Below are positions 1 to 10,219 of a stretch of 64,000 nt of DNA, piece after piece. The notes beneath the pieces are model-generated. The model saw nothing but the letters and a program-made list of their open reading frames with translations. It was not told the origin of the DNA and made no database searches. Origin of the DNA: Ignavibacteriota bacterium (GTDB lineage Bacteria; Bacteroidota; Ignavibacteria; UBA10030); NCBI GenBank assembly GCA_963701295.1, contig OY969585.1, positions 288,001-352,000 of the forward strand, written 5' to 3'. The translations under genes and the position numbers were made by a program. How positions within the stretch are numbered: the first letter of the stretch is position 1; the number at the start of each line of letters is the position of its first letter.

Positions 1-4
1 GGGA

Positions 5-949
5 ATGAATATCTTTTTAACAGGCGGAACAGGTTTTATAGGGTCGTATGTTGCCATGGAGCTCATAAAACAAGGACACCAAGTAACTACATTGGCACGT
101 AATCAGAATAAAGTACCCGCATTAAAAAAAATAGAACAACTCGAAATCGTAGAGGGTGATATCACCGACTTGAAATTACTAGAGAAATTGATCGTTGGTA
201 AAGATGCATGCATTCTTGTCGCCTTGAATTACACGAAGCAGATCGGATGGGAAGTTCTGAAGGATGATACGCTGCCGACGGTATTTCTCTCTGATGTCGC
301 AGCAAAAGCAAATGTAAAACATTTCATATATACATCCTCTACGGCAGCGAATGATAGTCTTTATATGGTGCCTGAGAGTGAAAAAGATAAAACAATTAAA
401 ATTGTTACTGTTCGCACCAAACAGCATCCTGCAACATTTTACGGCGCCACAAAAGCCGCAAGCGAGAACTATCTGATGGCACAATCCTATTATTCACCGA
501 TGCGGGTAAACATCATCCGGCCCGGATACACTTTTGGAAATCCAGTGATTGAGGGAGCCAGTATCCAAGGCGACACAAGATTCCATAATATGGTCAAGGA
601 TGCATTGGCTCATAAACCTATCACAGTCATTAAAAATGACGGCACACAATTCATCTGGGCAGGAAATTTGGCTAAATTGTACATAAAAGTTTTACATAGC
701 GACGTAAGCAGGAAGACATATTTTGGTCTTTCCAAAAATTTTACTTCCTGGTATGCAATTGCGAAAGAAACGGTAAAGAAATGCAACTCAAAGAGCCCAA
801 TAATATTAGAGGATAAAGGGTGGAGTGATGATGGGGTGACTTGGGACGTTTCCGACATGAAAAATGACTTTAATCTTGAGTTTGACCCTTGGGATAAAAT
901 CACAGAACATCTGGATTATTACATCCACCTGGAGAGCAAAGGCCGATAG
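5..949 (+). CDS. NAD-dependent epimerase/dehydratase (extended SDR)
   Basis: N-terminal TGGTGFIG Rossmann motif, YTSS, catalytic YGATK (YxxxK). Confidence 0.85.
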   Translation: MNIFLTGGTGFIGSYVAMELIKQGHQVTTLARNQNKVPALKKIEQLEIVEGDITDLKLLEKLIVGKDACILVALNYTKQIGWEVLKDDTLPTVFLSDVAAKANVKHFIYTSSTAANDSLYMVPESEKDKTIKIVTVRTKQHPATFYGATKAASENYLMAQSYYSPMRVNIIRPGYTFGNPVIEGASIQGDTRFHNMVKDALAHKPITVIKNDGTQFIWAGNLAKLYIKVLHSDVSRKTYFGLSKNFTSWYAIAKETVKKCNSKSPIILEDKGWSDDGVTWDVSDMKNDFNLEFDPWDKITEHLDYYIHLESKGR

Positions 950-1014
950 TATTCCTCTGCCAAATACACAAGTATGATCATAGTTGACAATCCTTTAAAA
1001 AGGAAGGAAAGCAT

Positions 1015-1377
1015 ATGAGTGAAATGCTTTCTTATTGCGGATTGGTTTGCAATACATGTCCAATCTATTTAGTTACAAGAGAAATAAACAGAGAAGAGCA
1101 GGCGAGGAAGAGAGCTGAAATCGCTCGACTGTGTAGAGAACAATATGGAATGAAGTATGAGATAGCAGATATTACCGATTGCGACGGTTGCCGAATAGAA
1201 AATGGAAAATTATTCTCGGGCTGCAAGGATTGTGCCATCAGAAATTGTGCACAACAGAAAAAAATAGAGAATTGCGCTTATTGTATTGAATATCCATGCG
1301 AAAAACTTGAAAATTTTTTTATAAAGGATCCAGAGACTAGGACACGACTGGATGAGGTGAGAAGTAGCATCCCATAA
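1015..1377 (+). CDS. Cys-rich DUF3795-type protein
   Basis: YCGLVCNTCP...CDGC...CAIRNC...CAYC..YPC pattern; SD aaggaagg upstream. Confidence 0.75.
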   Translation: MSEMLSYCGLVCNTCPIYLVTREINREEQARKRAEIARLCREQYGMKYEIADITDCDGCRIENGKLFSGCKDCAIRNCAQQKKIENCAYCIEYPCEKLENFFIKDPETRTRLDEVRSSIP

Positions 1378-1507
1378 ATAGCCGTTAGATGACCGCAGTA
1401 TAATTAAGCCTTATCGCCTATCCTCTTTCTCGTTTCTACTTGCCTTTCATTCAAGTCTGAATTACTTTACTCTTAGATAAAAATACATCGAACGACTGAA
1501 GGAGTAC

Positions 1508-2140
1508 ATGATAACTCGCTTACAATATCTTCTTCATAAAAAAGAATTGAAAGTTTTTTTACAACTTACTTCGCCGATCAAGATACAGAATTTTCTCGAT
1601 TCTCTTCCCTATAGTGACGAGACACGATATCGATGTCCGCGAAGCGTTTTACAGGATCATAAAGCCCATTGTTACGATGGCGCTGTCCTTGCTGCTGCCG
1701 CTTTGCAAATGATAGGGTATCCGCCGCTCCTTGTTGAAATGCTCCCCAATGACCGCGATGACGACCATATTCTTGCCGTCTTTCGACAAGGAAAAAGCTG
1801 GGGTGCTGTTGCAAAATCCAATTTTGTCGGGCTTCGATATCGTGAACCGGTGTACCAAAGTCTGCGTGAACTGGTTATGTCATACTTCGAATCATATTTT
1901 AACATTGCTGGAGAAAGAACACTCCTCGGTTACACAGCTCCATTGAACATCAACCGTTTTAACAAACTTGACTGGCTTATTCATGACAGCGTTATGGATG
2001 TTATTGGCGACGCATTGAATGGTATACGGAAATATCGTATTATGACACCGGCAATGACACGGAAACTTACATGTGTCGATGAGCGTTCATATAAGGCAGG
2101 CCTCCTTGGTTCAAAACAATCAGGCCTTTTTAAACCATAA
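1508..2140 (+). CDS. conserved hypothetical protein, possible transglutaminase/papain-like fold
   Basis: SD aaggag; AHCYDGA and DDDHILAVF motifs give candidate catalytic Cys/His. Confidence 0.55.
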   Translation: MITRLQYLLHKKELKVFLQLTSPIKIQNFLDSLPYSDETRYRCPRSVLQDHKAHCYDGAVLAAAALQMIGYPPLLVEMLPNDRDDDHILAVFRQGKSWGAVAKSNFVGLRYREPVYQSLRELVMSYFESYFNIAGERTLLGYTAPLNINRFNKLDWLIHDSVMDVIGDALNGIRKYRIMTPAMTRKLTCVDERSYKAGLLGSKQSGLFKP

Positions 2141-2156
2141 CAGCATCAACATCCAG

Positions 2157-2912
2157 ATGAAGAATGAGAAGCAACAACAATCAAAAATCCTTTTAGAAAA
2201 ACTGAGAGAGAGAGAGAGATTTCGTACATCCGGTGAAGAAGCAGCTCAACGTTATCAAATAATTCACCATAACCGTTTTCACAAAACTCTCAAAATCTGC
2301 AAAGAACTAATCCAAGATTCTCACGCACGCGTGCTCGATGTGGGTCCGTCATACTTCACAACACTCTTGGCACAAGAATACAAATACGTTTCTACACTTG
2401 GACTCGATATGATGACGGATGATGGGGGTCAGCGTAATGATTTTGCTCTTGCCCTGGCACTTCCCCATGTGAAGTTTGAATTAAATAAATCAGGAAATAT
2501 CAGACACTGGCCAAAGGTTGCACGACCATTTGATTTGATCGTGTTCGCTGAGACGCTCGAACATCTGTATACTGCTCCGGAATATTCATTGGCGTTTCTT
2601 GGAAGCCTTCTGACCGAGAAGGGAATTCTTCTCGTCACAACACCCAATGCTGCAATGATCATGAAGCGTCTCATTTTATTGCTCAAGGGAAAAAATCCTT
2701 ACGAGAAAATTCGATTAATTGCAGAGAACCCGGGACATTACAGGGAATATACGATGAAGGAGTTGGTCGACATTGGTGCACAGTGTCGACTTAATTCCGT
2801 CTATGCCGAATACATTAATTTTTATGCTTCTACAAATTTTATTTATGGATTTCTGAAACGTTTGAAGTCCACATTCAAGGATAGCTTTGTGGTTGCATTT
2901 CGGAGAATGTAA
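2157..2912 (+). CDS. class I SAM-dependent methyltransferase
   Basis: VLDVG motif I, FDLIVFAETLEHL, GILLVTTPN, HYREYT; start moved to ATG 2157 to avoid overlap. Confidence 0.8.
   Translation: MKNEKQQQSKILLEKLRERERFRTSGEEAAQRYQIIHHNRFHKTLKICKELIQDSHARVLDVGPSYFTTLLAQEYKYVSTLGLDMMTDDGGQRNDFALALALPHVKFELNKSGNIRHWPKVARPFDLIVFAETLEHLYTAPEYSLAFLGSLLTEKGILLVTTPNAAMIMKRLILLLKGKNPYEKIRLIAENPGHYREYTMKELVDIGAQCRLNSVYAEYINFYASTNFIYGFLKRLKSTFKDSFVVAFRRM
2204..2219. repeat. (GA)8 microsatellite inside the methyltransferase 5' region
   Basis: gagagagagagagaga, encoding LRERER. Confidence 0.9.
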
Positions 2913-2949
2913 CTCTGCATGTATTATTTATATGGAAAGGAACAGCTTT

Positions 2950-3420
2950 ATGATAGAACATAAAAATTTTATTGATGCTATTGAGCGACTTCCCGATGCT
3001 CTTGGTGCCGCTATACATGGGTTGTCTGATAAGCAGCTCGATACGCCTGTCGGCGAGGGCAAATGGACCATCCGGCAAATTACGCATCATATTGCCGATG
3101 CCAATATGAACGCGTGCATTCGGATGAAGCTCATTGTCACTGAAGAAAAGCCAATCCTGAAACCTTATAACCAAGATCAATGGGCAATTCTTGCAGATTG
3201 CAGAAGCAGTCCGATTGAATCAACCCTGACGCTTCTTAAAGGATTGCACGAACGATGGGTTCTTTTCTTGCAATCGCTGCCGGAACCAAGTTGGACGAGA
3301 GAAGGAATTCATCTGGAAAACGGCAAGGTGGCACTTTTTGATGTACTAAAATTATATTCAAGACACGGTGAATCTCACATGCAGCAGATCATTACATTCC
3401 GTGAAAAAATGAAATGGTAG
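2950..3420 (+). CDS. YfiT/DinB-family putative thiol transferase
   Basis: WTIRQITHHIAD, KPYNQDQWA, LHERWV, HGESHMQQI. Confidence 0.8.
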   Translation: MIEHKNFIDAIERLPDALGAAIHGLSDKQLDTPVGEGKWTIRQITHHIADANMNACIRMKLIVTEEKPILKPYNQDQWAILADCRSSPIESTLTLLKGLHERWVLFLQSLPEPSWTREGIHLENGKVALFDVLKLYSRHGESHMQQIITFREKMKW

Positions 3421-3429
3421 ACAGAATCC

Positions 3430-3771
3430 ATGATGAATCATGAATGGATTAAATCATTCCCTGGCGCGATTACTGTTTGCGATGTCCAAGGGATCATTCT
3501 TGAGATGAACGATAAGGCAATCGATGTCTTCAAAGAAGATGGCGGTGAAAAGCTGCTCGGAAAGAACCTGCTTGATTGCCACCCGGAGCATGCCCGTTTG
3601 CGAGTTGAAGAAATACTTCAAACTCAAAAACCAAATTATTACACCATCGAAAAGCGTGGTGTAAAAAAGTTGATTTATCAGGTACCGTGGTATCAAGATG
3701 GAACGTATGCCGGTTTTATTGAACTCAGCCTTCCCATTCCATCCGAAATACCGCATTTTATTCGATCGTAA
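3430..3771 (+). CDS. stand-alone PAS-domain protein
   Basis: AITVCDVQGIILEMN...LLGKNLLDCHP...YTIEKRGVKKLIYQVPWY. Confidence 0.75.
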   Translation: MMNHEWIKSFPGAITVCDVQGIILEMNDKAIDVFKEDGGEKLLGKNLLDCHPEHARLRVEEILQTQKPNYYTIEKRGVKKLIYQVPWYQDGTYAGFIELSLPIPSEIPHFIRS

Positions 3772-3790
3772 GAGAAAGAGATAAACACTT

Positions 3791-4198
3791 ATGCAATTCC
3801 TCGAATGGGAAGATTCATATAATATCGGTGTGAAAGAGATCGATATTCAACATCGTGGATTATTCGACATTATTAGCAAACTCTCCGCAACACGGCGATT
3901 CGAGACTGAAGGACGATATTTCTACGCTACATTGGATAAAATTGTCGAGTATGCGAAGATTCACTTCGCTACCGAGGAACGTTATATGCGGGAAGCCCAA
4001 TATCCAAAATTAGCTGAACATCAGGAAGAACATAGGTCATTCTTTCCGGAAGTGGAGAAGCTTATGAAAGATCTTGAAAACAAACAACCGAACATTCAAC
4101 AAAAGATTCTTGATTTTCTTAAAGATTGGTACATGTCCCATATTTTGGGATCAGATCGCGATTATCAAAAAACGCTCAAGGATAAAGGATTTACATAA
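3791..4198 (+). CDS. bacteriohemerythrin
   Basis: W..SYNIGVKEIDIQH, HFATEE, HQEEH, WYMSHILGSD di-iron ligands. Confidence 0.9.
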   Translation: MQFLEWEDSYNIGVKEIDIQHRGLFDIISKLSATRRFETEGRYFYATLDKIVEYAKIHFATEERYMREAQYPKLAEHQEEHRSFFPEVEKLMKDLENKQPNIQQKILDFLKDWYMSHILGSDRDYQKTLKDKGFT

Positions 4199-4217
4199 AA
4201 GCAATGAGACGCAGGCA

Positions 4218-4524
4218 ATGACCATAGAATAGCAAGGCGATTATATCGTTGGTGTAAAAGAACTTGATGACCTACACCGAAGTCTGCTCAACCCGATTAA
4301 CACACTGCTTGAAGAGCAGAGAGATAAATACGAAGCAGCGCAAATTGGAGCATATTGACTTTATTATGGAAACGGTTAGTCTTGCTTTAAGAATAGAAAG
4401 CAGCAGGGATGAATCGTGAATAGAACTTCTCCGATTTCTCGAAGAGCGGTATTCTTTCCATGTGCTTGGAACCGACAGACATTACATTCCATTCCTTGCG
4501 TCGATAAAGAGCACAGAAACATGA
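4218..4524 (+). pseudogene. second hemerythrin gene, degraded
   Basis: Manual translation: MTIE*QGDYIVGVKELDDLHRSLL...; then, in a shifted frame, EHIDF...DES*IELLRFLEERYSFHVLGTDRHY. Two nonsense codons, and the HFxxEE helix is missing. Confidence 0.75.
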
Positions 4525-4573
4525 CAAGCCAGATTTTAGCATCAACAAACAAGAGGATTTCTGAGGATAAACT

Positions 4574-4936
4574 ATGTCGACAAGACTTGACGAGTTCCGT
4601 AATTACCGCGCAAATATGAACGACCGTATTGGTCAAATCGGTCATCTTGGTATCAAACGTTTTTTAAATTTAGATGGTGCTGCCTACAAAGAAGGAGCGC
4701 TTGATTCCAAGACAAAAGAATTGCTGGGCTTGGTAGCTTCGGCCGTTCTCCGGTGCAACGATTGCATAGACTATCATCTCATTCAATGTATCGATGCAGG
4801 TTGGAAAGACGAGGAATTATTTGACGCATTGAACGTGGCGCTCATTGTCGGTGGAAGCATTTTTCTTCCACACTTGCGCCACGCCGTGGAAACAATCGAC
4901 GCACTTCGTGCCGAACGGAAACCTTTGGAAGTCTGA
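4574..4936 (+). CDS. carboxymuconolactone decarboxylase/AhpD-family protein
   Basis: GALDSKTKELLGLVASAVLRCNDCIDYH (CxxC). Confidence 0.85.
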   Translation: MSTRLDEFRNYRANMNDRIGQIGHLGIKRFLNLDGAAYKEGALDSKTKELLGLVASAVLRCNDCIDYHLIQCIDAGWKDEELFDALNVALIVGGSIFLPHLRHAVETIDALRAERKPLEV

Positions 4937-4989
4937 GCCCAAACAGTGAAACTTTTCCCACATAATGGAATAATTCCGAGGAGTAATTC

Positions 4990-7083
4990 ATGTCATACCT
5001 GTATCGTTTTGCATTCCTTCTTATCTGCATATTATTCTTGACTCTCTCTCTGGAAACACAAATGAAAGCACAGAAAGTACCGCTCGCATGGATGAAAGAC
5101 TCCCAAGCGAAGCTGAAGAAAGAACTTACTGATCGCTATGGCGAGTCGCAGCAAACACGTATCCAACAAGGATTGAGCCAAATTGCCAACTTTTGGTGTA
5201 CTGAAGACGGCAGCGAAGCGGTGTATGAGGATTTTGTTCGCACAAACTTCGCCGGTGATCAAGCAACACTTGATGTTATGTTCAATCGCTTCGAGAATCT
5301 GCTCGAACAACTCAACGGCCATATGAATGAAATCGGCCTTGCGTTTCGTCAGCAATCAGAGCTTGATCTTGGACCGATTTATTCGTTCGACGAAACCTTT
5401 GCTGCATATTCTCCGGACGCGCACATCACGGATGATTTTTTCAAGAACAAACTCGCATTCATAGTACTGTTGAATTTTCCGCTTACGACACTCAACGAAC
5501 GGTTGACGAGCGGTGAACAATGGTCGCGCCGCCAATGGGCAGAAGTGCGGCTGGCACAGCGTTTTTCTAAACGTATTCCGGCAGAAGTCAACCAGGCTGT
5601 TGCGGAAGCTGCTTCTATCACCGATCAATATATATCTGAGTACAACATTTATATGCATCACATCATCGATGCAAAAGGCAACCGTCTCTTCCCTCCAAAG
5701 ATGCGCCTGCTCTCACATTGGAATCTGCGCGATGAATTGAAAGCCGATTACAATGATAAAGAACATGGAATTGCCAAACAGAAAATGATTCAACAGGTGA
5801 TGGAACGGATTGTTACACAAACTATTCCGGAAGTCGTCGTGAATAATCCGAATGTGGATTGGAATCCATTTACAAATGAGGTGCAGTCGGCGGGTGTCTC
5901 AGATATCGATGCACAGACCAGAGCAAACCTTAAAGTCAGCAATTCACCAGAACCTGATACACGGTATGCAACTTTATTAAAAGCCTTCCTCGCTTCGAAG
6001 AAAGTGGACCCATATTCTCCCACTGCCCCAACATTAATCGCACGCAAATTTGATGAGGAGCGTGAAATTCCAGAAGCTCGTGTGAAAGAAATGCTCGAAT
6101 CGGTGTTGCGTTCGCCGCTCGTGCCGCAAGTGGCAAAGATCATTGAAGAGAGACTAGGCAGATCCCTTGAATCGTACGACATTTGGTACAACGGTTTTCG
6201 TGTAAAGGGAAAATATTCCGAAGCACAGCTTGATGAAATAGTGAAGAAACGATATCCGACAGCCGATGCTTATAAAGCAGACATGCCGAATATGCTAATG
6301 AAGCTTGGTTTCAGCAAGGAGCGTGCGGAATATCTTGCCGACAATATTTTGGTCGATCCGGCTCGCGGTTCGGGGCATGCTGCGGGTGCAGGAATGCGTT
6401 CAGCGAAAGCACACTTACGTACTCGTGTCGGGAAAGATGGCATGGATTACAAGGGGTTCAACATTGCCGTTCACGAGATGGGACACAATGTAGAACAAAC
6501 GCTGTCACTGAATAAGATTGATCATTACTTTCTCAGTGGTGTCCCAAATACCGCATTTACCGAAGCTATCGCGTTCGTTTTTCAGGCACACGACCTTGAC
6601 TTGCTCGGGTTGTCCACTCCCGATCCGCAAAGCGATGCGCTTAAGACACTGGATGATTATTGGATGACCTACGAAATCGCAGGTGTTTCACTTGTGGACA
6701 TGGGAATCTGGCATTGGATGTATGATCACTCCGACGCAACGCCTGCAGAACTGAAAGCCGCTATGCTTCAGATTGCAAAGGATATCTGGAACACATATTA
6801 TGCACCTGTCTTCAAGAAAAGGGATATCGTACTCCTTGCAATTTATTCACACATCATCCATTCATTTCTCTACATCCCAGATTATGCGATTGGTTATCTG
6901 ATCTCCCATCAGATTGAAGAGCAGGTGAAGAAGAGCGGTAGTGTGGGCACTGAAGTGGAACGTATGGTCAAAGTAGGGAGTATCGCACCGGATTTGTGGA
7001 TGAAGAACGCGACCGGTGTCCCAGTCGGAAGTGAAGCGATGCTGAATGCAACAGAACGGGCATTGAAAGAGTACAAAAAGTAA
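4990..7083 (+). CDS. secreted gluzincin-like (M3/M2-like) metallopeptidase, uncharacterised
   Basis: signal peptide; HEMGH (HExxH) followed by NTAFTEA third ligand; late YIPDY. Confidence 0.6.
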   Translation: MSYLYRFAFLLICILFLTLSLETQMKAQKVPLAWMKDSQAKLKKELTDRYGESQQTRIQQGLSQIANFWCTEDGSEAVYEDFVRTNFAGDQATLDVMFNRFENLLEQLNGHMNEIGLAFRQQSELDLGPIYSFDETFAAYSPDAHITDDFFKNKLAFIVLLNFPLTTLNERLTSGEQWSRRQWAEVRLAQRFSKRIPAEVNQAVAEAASITDQYISEYNIYMHHIIDAKGNRLFPPKMRLLSHWNLRDELKADYNDKEHGIAKQKMIQQVMERIVTQTIPEVVVNNPNVDWNPFTNEVQSAGVSDIDAQTRANLKVSNSPEPDTRYATLLKAFLASKKVDPYSPTAPTLIARKFDEEREIPEARVKEMLESVLRSPLVPQVAKIIEERLGRSLESYDIWYNGFRVKGKYSEAQLDEIVKKRYPTADAYKADMPNMLMKLGFSKERAEYLADNILVDPARGSGHAAGAGMRSAKAHLRTRVGKDGMDYKGFNIAVHEMGHNVEQTLSLNKIDHYFLSGVPNTAFTEAIAFVFQAHDLDLLGLSTPDPQSDALKTLDDYWMTYEIAGVSLVDMGIWHWMYDHSDATPAELKAAMLQIAKDIWNTYYAPVFKKRDIVLLAIYSHIIHSFLYIPDYAIGYLISHQIEEQVKKSGSVGTEVERMVKVGSIAPDLWMKNATGVPVGSEAMLNATERALKEYKK

Positions 7084-7093
7084 CAATCAAAGA

Positions 7094-7137
7094 ACCTTCC
7101 GAAGGTCAAAATAAGGCTGGCGAAACCTTCGGAAAGT
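7094..7137. terminator. inverted repeat between convergent genes (terminator or REP-like)
   Basis: ttccgaaggt (7097-7106) / accttcggaa (7125-7134). Confidence 0.55.
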
Positions 7138-7142
7138 ATCTC

Positions 7143-9800
7143 CTATCCACCGATCCAGTAGGTCAGCTTTAGCATGAAAATATTGTCAGGCTTTGAACTG
7201 ACAAGACGGTCGAACGAGCCGTTTAATACAAATGTCCCGTCTACTATATTATCGGAACGGCTCTGTGTCCACACTAAAAAGAGTGTAGAACCGGGCATAT
7301 ATTCCCATCGCAGCACAGCATTGCCTCGAAGAGACACAAAATTGAAATTTGGATTTGAAATGTTCATTACTGGAGTAGGCCCGCTGCCATCTGGATCAAA
7401 ATCATAGCTGCCGATTGAACCATCAGAATTAAAATTTTTCATTATTGTAGAACCATCCTTCCCGAACACCAGGAAATCAAACGATCGCGGACGCGCAAAT
7501 TCTTTGAAATTGGTAAAATTCCCCGACGAAAGTAATGGCTGAACAAAGAGTTGGAAGCTCAGCGTTGGTGTGAGTGTCCAGTCAACACGTAATTGAGCCG
7601 AGAGTTCCTTATATATCAAATCTGCAAAGATATATCGCTTGCCATATGTTCCCGTAGCAAGTGGGTCATCAAAATTGTCAATCCAGTGTGCACGATCTGA
7701 GTTGAACACATATGCCGGACCGAATGATACTGAAACACTGGAGACAGGACGCATCGTAACGGACAAGTTGATACTATGATAAAACCCATTGTGTCCTTCA
7801 TATGCATACCAGTAAGCTCCGAAAACATACTTGTTGCGGCTATCGGAAGAATAATTGAAATTCCACTCGTAGCATACAGGATTGAGCATTTTCGGGCCGC
7901 CGCGCGTACGGTAGTCGTCGAAGGATTCAAATCCATAATCATAAGTCAAACCGAAGTAATCATAGCTTGGTAATTGGTAATCAATGCCACACCACACGCC
8001 TCGGCATGTTGCATTCCCGCCGAAGTCGCACGTGCCGAAAACTGAACCGTAAATATTCACATAACGATAATATGGCGTCGGGTCATTCCACTTGTATCCA
8101 GTACCCAAATGATAATTGATTACATCGGTCCGCGACAGAAATCCGAGATCCCCTGATTCAAAACCTGGGCTGATAAATCCGAGTGCCGCATTGAGCATCG
8201 TATTGCCTTTTTGTTTGTTCAAGGTAAACCGACCGGCATAACCGCTTAACGATGTTGCAGAACTGTCTAAAAATAAATAGTGTGCATCGGGCCGCTGAAA
8301 ATAATGGGAAGAACTTTGTTGTAAATTGATCATCCGTTCACGAGTGCCTTGAACGTTCGAGACTGCGGTCCAACCGGAAATCATATACGTTTTGTCTGCA
8401 TCGAATGCTGTCCAACCATCAAGAGCAGCGACATAGGCATTTTCATTGACATCTGTCTTAATACCAGTGTCATCGAAAAATCTGTTAACAGATGTAAAAA
8501 GAATTCCTGCACCCTGCCGACCGTCGTTAAAATCCCGTTGAACGCGTGCGACCGTATATGATGTCATCGGTTCGACTTCTAACGGCCAATGTGTTCCAGC
8601 AGTATCCAATTGCGCATACTCACGTTTCGTAAAAGCTTCAATCACTCCGACATTCCATCCATCAACAACTTTACCTGTGATTTTTGCGGCACCAAGGATA
8701 TGTGTGCCGAGCGGAACATCGGCATAATCGTAATCCGGCAGTCCACGCTGCGGTGGGCGACCGATGCGGCGACTGTAAAACAAACTCGGTGATGACCAGT
8801 TAAAAGACCAATAGTTACTCACACCTCCCTGCCCGAATGAAAAGATATTCATTCCTTCGAGAAAAAAAGGGCGTTTCTCATTGAAGTATGTTTCCACATC
8901 GCTTAAATTTACGACAGCAGGATCGACTTCCACTTGCCCGAAATCCGGATTGATTGTTCCTTCGAGTACTACGTTGGTGCCTAAACCCCATTTCAAATCC
9001 GCTCCAATAGATGGAGTATATTTTGATCCTGTGTTAAACGGATCGCCGGCATCGTGTGGTGCATATTCAGCTCGTTCGGTAATGTATGGAGTAACTTCCA
9101 ATCGGGTTGGAGTTGTAATATGTTCGATACCGATAAGATCAGGAAACCGAGAAACAAATCCGCTTTCGTTCCGTGGTGTGTAAACAAGGAAGGCTTGTTC
9201 TTTTTTCCTGCCAATAATGCGGTAGAAATTGATTCCCCAAACATATTGATCATGTTGTTCGAACCGCAATTGGGAAAACGGAATCTTCATCTCAACGCAC
9301 CATCCATCAGAAGTGATACGTGGTTTTGCTTCCCATATTCCATCCCAGCTTCCATCGCTCCAATCGTCGTTATAAAGAATCCCGTCCCGCAATACGCCTG
9401 CTGCCGATACGATAAAGTAAAAAGCATTCCGTTTGTCGTGGTATGAATCGATGCCCACAGCAAATTCATCGGAACTGGCATCGTTATCACGCCGTGCGAG
9501 TCGGGCAATAATGGAATCAGGATGTATATCTTTCATTCGAGCAGCAATGTATAATGCTTCGTCATCATATGCTACCCACACTTCTGTCGATTCAGATACT
9601 GCTTGCCCCTGGTTTGGCTCTTGCTGAAAAAATGCTGTTGTACCTGCACGCTGCCAGACCGATTCAGATAATATACCGTCAATGTGCATTCGTTCATTCA
9701 CACGAATTGCATGAATTTGTTTGACGAATTCCGGTGTTTGCGCATTGAGATGTAAGAAACCCACGAAGACGATGAATAGAAAGCAGCCGACAGAATGCAT
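7143..9800 (-). CDS. CBM9-like + DUF5916 outer-membrane protein
   Basis: signal peptide; IDGILSESVW, TEVWVAYDDEALYI, INPDFGQVEVD, YFNEKRPFFLEG, LFYSRRIGR; C-terminal LKLTYW. Confidence 0.8.
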   Translation of the reverse strand: MHSVGCFLFIVFVGFLHLNAQTPEFVKQIHAIRVNERMHIDGILSESVWQRAGTTAFFQQEPNQGQAVSESTEVWVAYDDEALYIAARMKDIHPDSIIARLARRDNDASSDEFAVGIDSYHDKRNAFYFIVSAAGVLRDGILYNDDWSDGSWDGIWEAKPRITSDGWCVEMKIPFSQLRFEQHDQYVWGINFYRIIGRKKEQAFLVYTPRNESGFVSRFPDLIGIEHITTPTRLEVTPYITERAEYAPHDAGDPFNTGSKYTPSIGADLKWGLGTNVVLEGTINPDFGQVEVDPAVVNLSDVETYFNEKRPFFLEGMNIFSFGQGGVSNYWSFNWSSPSLFYSRRIGRPPQRGLPDYDYADVPLGTHILGAAKITGKVVDGWNVGVIEAFTKREYAQLDTAGTHWPLEVEPMTSYTVARVQRDFNDGRQGAGILFTSVNRFFDDTGIKTDVNENAYVAALDGWTAFDADKTYMISGWTAVSNVQGTRERMINLQQSSSHYFQRPDAHYLFLDSSATSLSGYAGRFTLNKQKGNTMLNAALGFISPGFESGDLGFLSRTDVINYHLGTGYKWNDPTPYYRYVNIYGSVFGTCDFGGNATCRGVWCGIDYQLPSYDYFGLTYDYGFESFDDYRTRGGPKMLNPVCYEWNFNYSSDSRNKYVFGAYWYAYEGHNGFYHSINLSVTMRPVSSVSVSFGPAYVFNSDRAHWIDNFDDPLATGTYGKRYIFADLIYKELSAQLRVDWTLTPTLSFQLFVQPLLSSGNFTNFKEFARPRSFDFLVFGKDGSTIMKNFNSDGSIGSYDFDPDGSGPTPVMNISNPNFNFVSLRGNAVLRWEYMPGSTLFLVWTQSRSDNIVDGTFVLNGSFDRLVSSKPDNIFMLKLTYWIGG

Positions 9801-10008
9801 TGGTACCTCGCTTAAAAATCATTTTTACATATTACGTTAGACTTTCTATGATACGAGAAGGTTGTGGAAACAAAAAAACAATTTTGACCTTTCTGATGAT
9901 ACTTTAAGTAATAAATACGGGTTTTCTATCTTCGATGTTACAGCATTGAGTAATTAAAATAGTAACTTACGATTATACTTCAACGTTGTTTATAACAACG
10001 AAAAATTG

Positions 10009-10037
10009 TTGAAACTCCAAGGCGATATTTGTATATT
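10009..10037 (+). promoter_or_regulatory. sigma70-like promoter of tRNA-Leu
   Basis: TTGAAA-17 bp-TATATT, with TG immediately 5' of the -10 box, ending 16 bp before the tRNA. Confidence 0.5.
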
Positions 10038-10053
10038 GTATATGTCATAATTA

Positions 10054-10137
10054 GCCCGGATGGCGAAATTGGCAGACGCGCTAGCTTCAGGAGCTAGTGA
10101 CCGCAAGGTCTTGGGGGTTCAAGTCCCCCTTCGGGCA
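10054..10137 (+). tRNA. tRNA-Leu(CAG)
   Basis: acceptor gcccgga/ttcgggc+A; D-arm ggcgaaattggcagacgc; anticodon stem ctagc-ttCAGga-gctag; long variable arm gacc-gcaa-ggtc; T-loop ttcaagt; CCA not encoded. Confidence 0.95.
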
Positions 10138-10141
10138 CAGA

Positions 10142-10169
10142 AAGACCTCGCAGTGTGGGATCTTTTTTT
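10142..10169 (+). terminator. intrinsic terminator after tRNA
   Basis: aagacctcgc-agt-gtgggatctt imperfect hairpin followed by T-run. Confidence 0.55.
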
Positions 10170-10219
10170 ATCTTAAACCCAATTGAAGATTCTAACCGTC
10201 ACAACTCATTGCGCAGCAC

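Noticed and set aside
10054-10137. tRNA-Leu as an island integration site
   Set aside because: No adjacent integrase and no duplicated tRNA 3' end noticed in the window.
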